Assembly (NCBI RefSeq): GCF_001194135.2
Contig: NC_068998.1
Span: 45,027,607-45,091,606, forward strand
Direction: 5' to 3'
Length of the DNA: 64,000 nt
DNA from: Octopus bimaculoides
Taxonomy: Eukaryota
The position numbers and the translations under genes were made by a program. Shown in pieces: positions 24,408 through 36,850 of the stretch (position 1 is its first letter; each line of letters starts with the position of its first letter). Under the pieces are notes generated by a model that was not told where the DNA came from, did no database searches, and saw only the letters and a list, made by a program, of their open reading frames with translations.

Positions 24408-24873
24408 TATTTTCAAATGTTCTAGTTTGTTTTGATAAAAGTTGAAGAATAATCAACTAATGTCAAATAGTTATGCCATTTGTATTAAATTTTTCTCAAG
24501 ACTCAAGTTTCTTGCCACAGCAATCTTTTGGCAAGTACTATTTTCCTATTAGCATTCATTCTCTTTTCCTCATTCTCCAGAGTGAACTCATTTCGTAAAG
24601 ACCATCACTTTTATTTGCTCATTGCCAATGTTGCATTTTTTTTTATATCTCTTTTATTAGAGAATTGTCTCTGGCTATTCTCATTGATTTTTTTCCAGTG
24701 TATTTTGAAATCTTTTGTTGTTATCTTTTTATTTTGGTAACTCATTTTTATTATGTTTTAACAGGTTGGTTATTTTGTTTATATATATATGTCCACTGTG
24801 TGGCGTTATTGCCCTTTATATAAATATATATATATATATATTGTTTAGGTTTTTTGAAGTTTTTATATTCACC

Positions 24874-25037
24874 TGGCCTCAGTTCAATAATTTTTCTATT
24901 TCTGATATCCAATTTATCTAATTTTACTTTGGTCATTTCATAATCCTCTTTATCTAGAATCAATAACCGGTATTCTTCACAGATGTTTCTTGGCTTGTTG
25001 CTTAAATTTTTCCTAGAGTTGTTTCCTGTCTTGCTAG
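24874..25037 (-). CDS. Candidate exon, or a LINE ORF1/Penelope-like remnant (SKTGNNSRKNLSNKPRNICEEYRLLILDKEDYEMTKVKLDKLDIRNRKIIELRP)
   Basis: Open frame ending at a strong donor CAG|GTGAAT; acceptor uncertain (CATAG at about 25038). Confidence 0.28.
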
Positions 25038-25665
25038 CTATGGTTCAGGAATTGCTGGTCACAGTTCAATGATTGCATATGCAGTTTTTGTTTTGTTATA
25101 ATGTCTTACTGTGCATTTCTGAAGATGTGTGTTTGTGTGTATATAAATATACTCATATATATATCATTATCATCATCGTCATCATTTAATGTCCACATTC
25201 TATGCTGGCATGGTTTGGACAGTTTGACAAGAATCCATGGGTCTAAGGCAACCTGAGTGAGTTTCTCATGTCTCAAAGAAAATATACAGTTGTTTGTTCA
25301 TAGCAATCTTTGGGTAGTAATCTAACCTTTAATACATATTTCAATATAAATCGCCAGAAGATAATTGTTCAGTTGATCAAAAGAAATGTACATTAAAAAA
25401 ATTAGAATTCCTTCCAATGAACAAAGTAAATGTATTTATGAAAATGTATTCAAGTTTATGAATTGCCTTCTGAAATGATGTAAATGGAATTTTGTCAGTT
25501 ATTCTATCCTTCTTAGTAATTTTTAGATATTCACATTCATACTTTGTCTTTTCTGCTTTTAATATTATTTTGTTAACATTTTATAATATTCAGTAAGGAT
25601 GTAACTTAGCCAAATTTACACAATCATAGCAATTATCATTCTAAAATGTTGGATAATAAATATAC

Positions 25666-25767
25666 CTTGGGTGGCTTAGGGGACATTGTTATAGAATGGT
25701 TCTCTCCCTTGTTCGTAATTGCACCATTAGATTTTACAGAAATTGATGAATGTGTTCGTTTTGACAT
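25666..25767 (-). CDS. Candidate start-codon exon (MSKRTHSSISVKSNGAITNKGENHSITMSPKPPK); exon spans 25666-25781
   Basis: Strong acceptor TTTTGATCTCTTTTCAG, ATG, 34 open codons running exactly to AAG|GTATAT; the other two frames are closed. Confidence 0.3.
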
Positions 25768-27294
25768 CAAATATTACCTATCTGAAAAGAGATCAAAAGT
25801 ACCAACTTGCATATGAGCATATACTCTTAGAAATCATTTTAAATCCCACTATGACATGCAATGTCTATGACAAGTTTATTTGTCTATTGACTGATATTGC
25901 TGCTTGAAGGCAGAAAACATTGATTTTTCTCTCTATGAAAATAAAAATAATTTATATATGACTACATCAGCACTTAGTATCCAGTTAATAGATGGTAACT
26001 TGAGTAGAGAAAGAGAAAAGAAATATTGTTGTTAGGGGTATGAATAATGCTTAAAGGCAATTTGGGATGCTGTCTGGTCCTATTTGGCTGAAACACTATA
26101 CAATAGATTTTTATCAGTGAACACAATGTATCATTGAAGCATATTGAGCTATAATAGGAAGTCTGAAATGGACTAACTTTAGCAGAACAGTTTGAAAATA
26201 CAAAGATGGTATAGGGTATCTTAGTAACAGTGAATGAGAATTCAAGATTACAAATAGTATTTGTATCAAGATGAACGGAGAAGCTAAATATAACATGAAG
26301 CGCATGATTTGTGCTAGAAAATGGAAAATATTCACTTCAGTTGCTATTAATTCTGCTCCTCAGTCACCATCTCTGATGACAAGGAAAACCTGCTTAGTTG
26401 ATGGGTTTTTGTAGCTTTTATACAAATGCAGATTCTTCATTTGATAAGAATGTGGAGAATAAACTCTGTGCTTTTATTATCTGTGATGTTAAAATAGCCA
26501 TGATTTCAGATTCCTTTCCTATGAAGTTTAAGTATCTGAATATATCCTGTAAATATAGCTACATGGTGGTTGAATAGTTACTGCCTGGATTTATTCATAT
26601 ATAGGCAGTCAGTCAAACTATGACTTAAGTGAAATAGAACACACTTTTGTGTTTGTCATCTAAGATATATATTAGTGTCTATCATTTAAGCAACATAATA
26701 GTATTGTAAATTGGTGTTATGCTGTACCTTCTGGCAAGAAACATTACACTACAAATCAATCAGGAATATAAACAGTAATACTGTTTCATTGAAGACTGAC
26801 GCACCTTACCAAGATATCTAACTGCAAAACCACTTTTTAACCCAATAAAACTAGGAGGCATTTCATTCATTTACACAGAATTTTAGATAAAACACATAAA
26901 CAAAATATTTTAGAAAGTTGAGTAAACTTTATTGGTTTATGTAAAATTGTGTCCATGCTTTTAGTGTTATTGCCTATTTCTATAACGATTCAAACATTTG
27001 TATACTGTTGGTACACTTGTATTCTTGTATCAAAAATGTCTTCTTTATCCAGTCTGAAATGTGATATTAAAAACTTTCATACAAAAAGTACAGCGATTTT
27101 ATTTCTTAAAAACATGCTAAAATTATTGCATAATTCTATTGACAGAGAGGCTAGAATCAAATAGAAAATAGTTTGAAGGAAAGTGTTACTAGTCTTTCCT
27201 GGAATAGATTGATGGTTACAGGCTCTGAAAGGAACATAACCAGATTGTTGCAGTTTCATTCTAGTTAGTTTTCATTAGATATGAAAACTAACTA

Positions 27295-27415
27295 GAATAC
27301 AGGCCATCTCAAAGCAACAGTAGAAGATACTCTCTCATGGTGGAGTGCAGTGCAATTAAACTCAGAACCTCATGGATGCAATGCAAATTCCTCAACCAAA
27401 TGGCTATGCCTGTTG
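27295..27415 (-). mobile_element. Degenerate SINE family B head
   Basis: ACAGTAGAAGATACT...AACTCAGAACCTCATGGATGCAATGCAAATTCCTCAACC. Confidence 0.5.
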
Positions 27416-29125
27416 TACTTAATGTAGATATTTTCCATTATTCACAATGCTGCTAGCAAGAATTGTGTTATTGGTAATTTTAACTTGTTACATGTCTGCT
27501 GGGACAATAGAAAGGTAAACAGATTGACAAATAATCTAGAAAGCAATATTAAATCTGGAACAAGCATTTATGGATATTCTTATAGAATTTTGCTTTACTT
27601 TATTGAAAATGATTTGATATGAGGTTTGTTGTCAGCTGCACTTGATCAGTTAATTCTCAGAAACAAAATGTTATTAGAAATATTGTCTTTGACCCAGGAT
27701 AAAAAAAAAGTGGCATATTTCATTGTAGAAATACAATAAAGTCTGATAATTTTTTTGTAAATATAAATTATTCAGAAGTATTCAGGAATTTTTTTTTATT
27801 CATTTCTTTTCTACTTTGACTACACATTAGTATTTCGCAATGTTAGAATTTATAAATGTTCAAAATTTTAATAATTCATTGCTTCTATTCACTAAAAAGT
27901 ATTTAAAAGACATCTAATGGTCTTTAATCTTTTGAAAAAAAAAAAAAAACTTCAAATAAAATTCAATAACTATATTAAAATGCAAGTATTTATTTCATAT
28001 AATTATTGATGAAAGAGCTGCTTATATTTTGTAGAATATATTAATGCATTTATTATTTCTATTTCACTTAGTATATGAATTATAAACTAGCTCTTCTATA
28101 AGATTTAGCTGGAAAACTGCTGAGTTAGTGATTGTGACATTTACTTGAATGGAACCTATTATAACAACTGATTAATAGAAAAAAATGCAACAAGCTTTCC
28201 GATTCTTGCTGGTAACAACTTTCAGGTATGCCGTTTAGCATTGATGATGTAGGTTGGCTAGATCTTTTGTGCAGCACTCCACAATGCTGCATCATTTTTG
28301 ACAGTGAAATCCAGCATTATTTTTAAGATTGAGAAGTGATGCTTTTGTATTATTTTTATAAAATTCAATTATATTTTTATAATGAAATAAGAAAGAAAGG
28401 CATGCTACATGTCACAAATAATCTCTCCCCCAGTATACAAACACGTCACTTCAGATTTGGGAAGTAATGAGATGGAAACATGTGACTTTTCTAAGAATTC
28501 TTCTTGCTATCATTTATCAAATGCTTAACTCTTAGAGTGTCATATAAATTGTGGTTTCTGATGTGTTTCCATAGAAATAACAACTTTAAATATTTACATT
28601 TGAAATCCAATGATTGTTTTTTTTTTTATAAATTAAACTTAATTTCAGTCCCTTACATTATTCCAGAGAAAGAATAATTACACAGACACAAAAACAGTAC
28701 AACTGAGAAATAAAAGTTTATAAAATTCTTAATTAAACCAAGTATTACGCATTTCATAAAAAAAATTATTTTGCAAATAGTTTGGTTTGGAAGAAAGAAT
28801 GCACCCATGGCCTTTACTGGTTCTCCAAGACCAGTGAAGTTGATACAATTAATGTTCTTGAATAACTGAAGTCAGGAACTGTAACATTGACAAGAGTATA
28901 ACAAGCCTTCTGAAGCAGAACATACAAGATTTTAAATTTTGATTATACTTGTAGACAAGAAATCTTTATTGATTATATTCATTGAAATATAATGTTTCTC
29001 ACCAAATTATTGGAGTAGAAAATTACTTGTGGTGACTAGCTCTACAAGAGGTGGTAAGAATTTGAAAAATCACATTTGATATGGATCCTTTAAAATCTGA
29101 GCTCCATAGGTCCGATGAAACCCAT

Positions 29126-29405
29126 ACAGAGTAAAGACCCCCTTCGAGCATGAATGACCATGGGATTGCACCTAGAAAGTTTCCCTCCAAGCATAAGTTT
29201 GGGTAAATTTGTTTATGGAAGACTAGCAGTTGGCCATCCATACCAGCCTCCCCTCTCCATGCCACTGATGTTATTCAAGGGAAAGGCAACTCATTTCTAC
29301 AGCTGAGTGAACTGAAGCAAATTGAAATAAAGTGTCTTTGTCAAGAACACGACACACAGCCCAGTCCAGAAATCGAACTCACTATCTCATAACAGTGAAC
29401 CCCAA
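29126..29405 (-). mobile_element. tRNA-derived SINE family D
   Basis: Reverse strand GTGAGTTCGATTTCTGG...GTGTTCTTGACAAAGACACTTTATTTC...CACTCAGCTGTAGAAATGAG (CORE/V-like domain)...GGTGCAATCCCATGGTCATTCATGCTCGAAGGGGGTCTTTAC. Confidence 0.75.
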
Positions 29406-29653
29406 GTAAAAGATAAAATCTTAGTGAGAGCTGTAAGCAGTGTTGAATTACTTTAGTATGTTTGTATCCATTTATATTTTAAATCAGTTGTCAAACCATA
29501 AGAGTTGTGTGGCACATTGCAGTTTAGGAAAATTTTCGATTGATTCTATGAAATATATTCATACAAGTAAGAAAAAACTAACTCAAGGCATCAATCTGTG
29601 TATATAAATAAGAATAAAGCAAAGTTTCACATATTATTTTATTTGCTGCAACA

Positions 29654-29852
29654 AATGAAGCTCTGATGTCTGGCAACTGACTTAGTAAACGCCCACAAAA
29701 TTATTAACCAACCACCTTGAACACCTTTTTGAGCTCCATGTGTCTAATACAAGTGGGCATGCCTACATAGTCAGAATACAGTATGGCTCCCTTGACTTTC
29801 GGAAACATTTTTTCACACACAGGGTTGCTGAAGCATGGAACGAACTACCTGG
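29654..29852 (+). mobile_element. CR1-clade LINE 3' end
   Basis: MKL*CLATDLVNAHKIIN...SNTSGHAYIVRIQYGSLDFRKHFFTHRVAEAWNELP matches CR1 TRGH..K......R..FF..RV...WN.LP. Confidence 0.88.
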
Positions 29853-29979
29853 TGTGCTAACGATTCTGCCAGCTCACTGCTTTTTTGCTGAAAAATATAC
29901 TGTTGTTTTCTAACAAAAGATCTTTTGCTTTTTACATTGGTGCAGTTAAGAACATTTGCAGAAATGTGTAGTGAATAGA

Positions 29980-30210
29980 GGTGGTGAGCTGACAGAAACG
30001 TTATCACACCGGGTGAAATGCTTAGCGGTATTTTGTCTGCAGTTACATTCTGAGTTCAAACTTCGCTGAGGTTGACTTTGCCTTTCATCCTTTCGGGGTC
30101 GATAAATAAAGTACCAGTTATGCACTGGGGTCGATGTAATCGACTTAATCCCTTTGTCTGTCCTTGTTTGTCCCCTCTATGTTTAGCCCCTTGTGGGCAA
30201 TAAAGAAATA
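29980..30210 (+). mobile_element. Young SINE family A with a perfect 20-bp TSD
   Basis: AGAAATGTGTAGTGAATAGA at 29960-29979 and 30211-30230; same subfamily as 7847-8076. Confidence 0.95.
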
Positions 30211-30722
30211 AGAAATGTGTAGTGAATAGAATCAACCAAAATATATGACAGTAAAATCACAGAGAGATTAAACTAAATATTATCATGCATTTATTTTTCT
30301 GTTACCACCTGACCCCAGCCACGAATGGAAGTAATTTCTGAATCAAATTTGCTTGATATTTGAAGTTTGTTAAGTTGCAGTATTTAAAAATATATTTGCT
30401 TCATGTAAAATATCTATATAAGCTTATAAGTTTTAAAAATTTTAATAATTTCTAGTAATATTTCATAGCCTATATTTATCTTCTTATTGTTACACTTATT
30501 TCAGAATATTAAAGAAAATTTGCAAGTCAATATCTTATGAATTATAGATTTTAATTCAAACTACCACTTTTTTTCCATTTAGTTATTCATCTGTATGATG
30601 AATCGGAACAGTTGTCTGATTTTCAGACAAATTTGCTTCATGGTATTTAGTTTTGGCCCTTTATGTTCTGAGTTCAAATATACCAAGATCAACTTTGTCA
30701 TTCATCTTTCAAGCAATTTAGA

Positions 30723-30951
30723 TTAACCCTTTCGTTACCAACCTGGCTGAAACCGGCTCTGGCTCTGTAGTACAAATATCTTGTTTTCATAAGTTCTGAA
30801 TTAAAATCTTCCATTAATCCTTAATTATAATTTATGTTCCTAACACTAGCTGAATGATAACTAAGTTATTTTAATAAATTCTTTGTTATATTTAAAGTAA
30901 TTAAAAGAAATACAGAGCATCTCAAAATAAATACAGTAACAAAAGGGTTAA
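30723..30951. mobile_element. piggyBac-type MITE with TTAA TSD
   Basis: TTAA-CCCTTTCGTTAC ... GTAACAAAAGGG-TTAA. Confidence 0.85.
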
Positions 30952-31552
30952 GCTGGAAAAGAATGGTACAATCAAGGCAGATTGGAAGTGCAATGTGACC
31001 ACCAGTGTATGATGAGATCTGATGGTCTGGTCAATACTGTGAGATGTGTGTGTGTGTGTGTGTGTGTGTGTGGAAATAAAGAATATGTTTGTACAAGTTT
31101 ATATGTTAAATTATTTTAGACAGATGCAAAGTAGTGATGAAGGCACTGATGTTATGGAAATCTACTTTGAGTTAAAGTTCAGAGTAGATTGGTGCAAATG
31201 CTAAACAATAATAGACCTCAGCTAATGAAACCTTGATATTATGTATTCAGAAGTGACCTATCAAGAAAGTATATAAGTAAAGTTTTGAGCATGTTGTCAG
31301 TGGGACATACAACAAATACACCCGACCTTCATCTGAACTGAAGAATATAAACAAAACATATCAAATGTCAGAGAAATTCAATTTTCTGTTGAACGTATAA
31401 CTAATAAGATTATTTCTACCAACTGATACATGTTTTATACTATACAGTACTCTGCTTGACTTAGCACAAACTATTTGTTACAACATTATAGCAATATTCA
31501 TCATCATTAACCACTTTACATTTACTATCCCATGCATATACATATCTATTTT

Positions 31553-32071
31553 TTACTTGTTTCACTCATTAGACTGCAGCCATGCTTTTGGGCACCACCT
31601 TGAAGAACTTTTTTTAGATAAATGAATCAAACTCAGTCCTTATTTTTAAAGCCTGATATTTATTCCACTTGTGCCAAACTGCTAAGTTATGGTCACAAAC
31701 GCAGATACGAAGATTCACACCACATATATATATATATATATATATACATATATATANNNNNNNNNNNNNNNNNNNNNNNNNNNNNNNNNNNNNNNNNNNN
31801 NNNNNNNNNNNNNNNNNNNNNNNNNNNNNNNNNNNNNNNNNNNNNNNNNNNNNNNNNNNNNNNNNNNNNNNNNNNNNNNNNNNNNNNNNNNNNNNNNNNN
31901 NNNNNNNNNNNNNNNNNNNNNGTATGTACGTATGTATAAGACAGGCTTCTTTCAGTTTCCATCTGCTAAACCCACTCACAAGACTATTGTAGAAGACATT
32001 TGCCCAAGGTGAGACTGAACCTGGAACCATGTGGTTAGGAAGCAAACTTCTTACCACACAGCTACGTTTGC
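31553..32071 (-). mobile_element. SINE family B variant spanning gap N 31757-31921
   Basis: Tail at 31553-31720 and head at 31922-32071; the gap lies in the internal TA microsatellite. Confidence 0.75.
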
Positions 32072-32079
32072 ATGTATTC

Positions 32080-32436
32080 TTTTATTCCTTTACTTGTTTC
32101 AACGATTTGCTGGAGCACCACCTTTAGTCAAGCAAATTGACCCCAGGACTTATTCTTTGTAAGCCTAGTACTTGTTCTATCGGTCTGTTTTGCTGAACTA
32201 CTAAGTTACGGGAATGTAAGAGCACACCAACATTGGTTGTCATGCAATGGTTGAGGGACAAACACAAACATATACATACATATATATATATATATGCATG
32301 ATGGGCTTCTTTCAGTTTCTGTCTACCAAATCCACTCACAAGGCTTTGGTTGGCCCACGGCTACAGTAGTGGGACTGAACCTGGAAACATGTGGTTGGGA
32401 AGCAAGCTTCTTACCACACAGCCACTGCTGCGCTTA
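32080..32436 (-). mobile_element. SINE family B copy, head-to-tail with the previous one
   Basis: Same head, central domain and tail as 1715-2113, with small deletions. Confidence 0.9.
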
Positions 32437-33111
32437 TGTTAGATTAAATTTTATAGATGCTTCTCTTTTCCCATCTATTCATCTATAACTATTACAATTT
32501 GCAAAAAGAAAGCAATATGTCAAAGAAATTCTGTATCTTTTCATTAAATCTAAATGTGAACCTCTATTCTGTTTTATGGTTGTTATAGTTAAATTCAAAT
32601 TTCATTATTTCAAGCACTAAATATGAACGACTGCTGATAATCTGTTCATACCAGCCTAGTTTTAACAGTTTTATAAACATTGTGCAGGCTCATGCTTCAA
32701 GCATAATCAATACTTAATGCTTTGATACAGCTTATTTATTTACTCTCTTTCTATTGTTTATTACATCTGGGATGCATATCGTTTATCAGAAAATGTTACA
32801 CTTCAGCATAGGACATTTTCAAACGCTAACAATGTTCTTTCTTGATTGTGTGTATATATATATACAAAAAGGTTATTCAGGTGACTTCATGGATTCTTTA
32901 CAAAAGGTTGCTGTGAATAGCTTATGGTACTTCTACTTTTAGAGATGGTTTCAGAACAGTCATCAATCGTCTGTAGAAATCTTCTCAACTGACCTCTGAA
33001 ATAAAAGTTGAGATGCATTGCAACTATTCTTATCAAAAGACATATTGGCAAATATATGTGTGTATTTATGTATGTGTGTGCATATACATATATATGCATG
33101 TTTGTGTGTGT

Positions 33112-33304
33112 GTGTAATTGTCACTAAATATAACTAGGGTGTTAGAACACATACATTGCTAGAAATAAGAGCTAAAAGGCTCTAATGCTGTCAGTATATA
33201 TGTCTACAATTACGTACTTTAACTTCAGCATTAGAGCTTTTTGGCTCTTATTTCTAACAATGTATGTGTTCTAACTCCCTAGTCATATTTAGTGACAATT
33301 ACAC
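33112..33304. repeat. Long inverted repeat: 79-bp arms, 35-nt loop, 5 mismatches
   Basis: 33112-33190 against the reverse complement of 33226-33304, with no indels. Confidence 0.96.
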
Positions 33305-33352
33305 TTTTCCTTCTGGTAAAACACTGCACACACCTGTCTATATTAAATTATT

Positions 33353-33690
33353 ATATATGCAGGGTGTAGTGAATATACAGTCATCTAAATTACGCAAAAA
33401 TAAAAATAACACTGACGTCTCATTTTAATAGATATATTTACCAAAATTACATTAAAATATCTTGAAATACTAAAGAGTAAATTTATCATTTATTCTGCAG
33501 TCTTCAAAATCATTTGGATGGGGGAAATATGAATTCTTTAGACGAGGTCAGAACAGTACTAGAGGAGTATTTTTCACCACGGACTAGGGAATTTTGGAAG
33601 AGAGACTTTGCAAGTCTACCAGATAGATGGAAAAGCATTGTAGAAAATGAAGGAGAGTATATTTTAGATTACAAAAAGAACTAAAATATT
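33353..33690 (+). mobile_element. Internally deleted mariner-type element with a transposase C-terminus
   Basis: YHLFCSLQNHLDGGNMNSLDEVRTVLEEYFSPRTREFWKRDFASLPDRWKSIVENEGEYIL (33484-33666) has the mariner DYHLF...LP.RW...V...G.Y pattern; left end TA-TGCAGGGTG. Confidence 0.85.
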
Positions 33691-33957
33691 TGAAATCATA
33701 TCATGATAGTGTCCATGTAAGACCATTGAACTGATAATTTCTAAGTGAATATTTTGTATAATGTTGGTGGATACATGTCTGTGTATATAAATGCTGTAAG
33801 TAATATTCCTTGACAGTCTACTGCCTATTCTAAACTGCTAACAGAAGTAAGATATGTAGAATTTAGTTGTCAAGGCCATATGCATCCAAATTAAACACTG
33901 CTCATTCCTTCTACAAGTCTATTTGTCAATGGAACTCTATTCTGATTCATTTTCCTG

Positions 33958-34153
33958 TTAACTCTTTAGAATTTAAAACTTGCCATATCCAGCCATGATA
34001 TCCAGCCAGATCTGACCACTTATTCCTACCCTACAATGTCATTCTAAAAATAAATGAAATCTCATAACTTCAAGATAATCCATAATTAATTGAAGTCAAT
34101 GTGAGTAAAGGAACATTACATTTGACAGAAGAATCTGAATGTTAAAGGGTTAA
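33958..34153. mobile_element. piggyBac-type MITE, second family
   Basis: TTAA-CTCTTTAGAATT ... AATGTTAAAGGG-TTAA; homologous to 35796-36018. Confidence 0.8.
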
Positions 34154-34821
34154 GCTACTAAACCTACTACAAAATCTTCACTCAAATGTCATTATTCATC
34201 AATCTTGAGGACATGAAATTGTTATGTGTATTCCCCTCCCCCATACATAATTTAAATAAACAACTTGCTTTAGAACTGACTGATTTGTTTCAAAGAAATA
34301 ATAATTGTTGATTATATGTTTACTTTTAAATAATTATGAAAAAATAATGACACTGAAAACATGAAACAAGCATAATTATCTATAATCATCATAACATGAA
34401 AATATTCGTATAAGAATATTGAACAACAAATTCCTATGCTAATTTATAATAATGTTGAGTATGTTGTATATAACATAGACAATAACAGTTATGGTTTTTG
34501 TGTATTACTTCTGCAAAAATGTTTAATTTTAAAATACTTTCTTTAGTGAGAAAAAAATGGTCTTCCTTGCAGTTGCTTTTAGAATTATTTGTATCTGAAA
34601 ATTGTGGTATACATACAGACATATCTACAATAATTATGTTTCATTTGTGCATTTACAACTTGTCTCTCTCAACATTGTGGAATCTCAGAATGATGAAAAT
34701 TTTATATTTTACATTATACATCTGCTTGTGAGATTGTATATTAAACTGTTTGTTTTTGTGTATCTGAAAGAGAGATGTGAGAGAAGATAAGAGAGAGGGG
34801 ATAGACACACTGAGAGTCTTG

Positions 34822-34841
34822 TGTGTGCGTGTGTGTGTGCG

Positions 34842-34877
<36 letters not shown>
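34822..34877. repeat. (GT)n/(GTGC) microsatellite
   Basis: Direct observation. Confidence 0.95.
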
Positions 34878-34878
<1 letters not shown>

Positions 34879-35795
34879 ATTTTTCTCAAATGTTTCCACT
34901 GTAGTTAAGTGATTAGGAGACACTAATATCAGAATGAGTATGTTCATAATGTTTTATTTCATCATACATGCCACATTATTCTGCTATAAAATATGAAAAC
35001 AGATGTTTTCATGAAAATGACTAAATTTATGTCAAATTATATTTAAATTGTCTAAAATTCTGAATTGCTAGCAAAAGTAATCAATCTGCGTATCCAGCTG
35101 TAAATTTCTGTTGTCATCATCATCATCATCAGTTTTAATAAATCGCTTTCTGAATTTTGAAATTGGTTAGCTGACTTTACTCTTAACACATCATACTAAC
35201 TATACAAATATTTGGAAACATTTTAATGCCCAGTTGAGTCATGAGTAGATGCCATTGCTGACTCCAGCAGAAAATTAAAAGGAAGAAACTTGGTGAAATA
35301 TTTTTGTGCTATTTAGTGTTAAAACTGTGAAAATACCTAATTTTTATCAACCACAAAATATTTTTTAACATTTGGTATTTTCATTCAATTTGAAATACAC
35401 TCATATTTATCCATTCACCTAAAGATAAAACTAATTACAAAATCTTATCTTGAAACCAGTGAAAATTTCAACGCCTTTAAATCCATTTTCTCTCAATTTT
35501 TATGTTTTGTACATTAATGTGATGTAGCAGTGTTAGCTTTCTGCTAAAAATGGGTGTGAAAGAATTTGATCTCAGTACTCCAATAATTACATTATCTTAC
35601 TCTCTTATTTTGTCTCCTTTCTCGTCTTTCTCTCTATTCTTACCTGCAATACTGAGATTTTTTATGTATTAAAAGGAATTTAGTGCCTGTGATGTGATTT
35701 AAACTTAGTGATCTGCAACTAAGAATCTAACATCTTATCTACAATAGCTACCCTTCTTTATACAGGTGAAATTATATTACTTGAACAGATTTGCT

Positions 35796-36018
35796 TTAAA
35801 CCTTTAGCAGTTAAACAGGCCATATCCAATCCAAATATTTGATCTGTTTTATATTCAAACTGGCCAGATGCAACCTTTTACGCATATACTACAATATCTC
35901 TATGAAGATAAACAATGATATCATCGAAATCTCGAAGCTATGAGACTATGCATAATTAATTCAAAACAGTGTGAATAAATTAGCATTACAGTTGACAATC
36001 TGAACGCTAATGTTTTAA
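35796..36018. mobile_element. piggyBac-type MITE, same family as 33958
   Basis: TTAA-ACCTTTAGCAGTT...GGCCATATCC...TACAAT...ATAATTAATT...CATTACA.TTGACA...TCTGAACGCTAA. Confidence 0.75.
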
Positions 36019-36087
36019 GTGATATTAAGGGAATACATATATATTTACATACACATACTAATATATATGTGTGTGTGTGCGTGTGTA

Positions 36088-36151
<64 letters not shown>

Positions 36152-36161
36152 NNNNNNNNNN

Positions 36162-36536
36162 TAGAAGGTGAATCACAATGACCGTTTTGAGAGCACAGTT
36201 TGTGACAGACCATGTCTTTCTTTTGCTGGGCTCAAATCTCATTTGGGAACCCATGGAAAACAAACTTCCACCAACTATTCTGCCTATATGTATGTGCACA
36301 CCTTTCAGTGCAATGTATGCCAGAAGGTCTGCAAATCTAATGGAGGCCTCAAAAGACATTTTAAGACCCACAAAGATCTGAGCTTAACTGCAGCTCTTGG
36401 TGGTCCAAATTGGATATGCAATCTATGTGGGTGTCTGGTTTAAAAAGCCACATCAGATGCCATGATTGGTTCTAAGGTGTAGGTACAGGAGGTGGTTAAA
36501 CTCTGCATAAGGAGTAGACAACCACCATATATATAT
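36162..36536 (+). mobile_element. 3' end of a probable RTE-type LINE encoding three C2H2 fingers, with 3'UTR and TA tail
   Basis: VCDRPCLSFAGLKSHLGTH, FQCNVCQKVCKSNGGLKRHFKTH, then ICNLCG-(deletion/frameshift)-GLKSHIRCHDWF*; short UTR ending ACAACCACC-ATATATAT. Confidence 0.65.
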
Positions 36537-36850
36537 TTAACACTTCTGAGATTATTTCAGCCAATATAAGAATATTTGTTGTAATACCAGGTTGTGTTTC
36601 ATATGTTATTTTCAAAACAAGAACATGTTCAAGTTTAAACGTTTTTGTTCAAGATTTTTCATATTTCCTTATTTGTCCTTTATACATGATTTGTCCCAAT
36701 AAAATTCTTAAATCCAACAGGCTGACATTTTAAAACTTTGTGGCCTCATTTTCTCGATATACATTTAGTTTTAAGTCACTTAGAAATAATTTGATTCAAA
36801 TGAAAAATTTTGCTTTAAATTAATATATAATAATATATTAGATTTTTAAA

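Noticed and set aside
24500-24720. Possible RTE C-terminus (FKIHWKKIN...)
   Set aside because: Similarity too weak to list as a feature.
28196-28240. MQQAFRFLLVTTF followed by AG|GTATGC as a first coding exon
   Set aside because: Very short, with no promoter or downstream partner exon identified.
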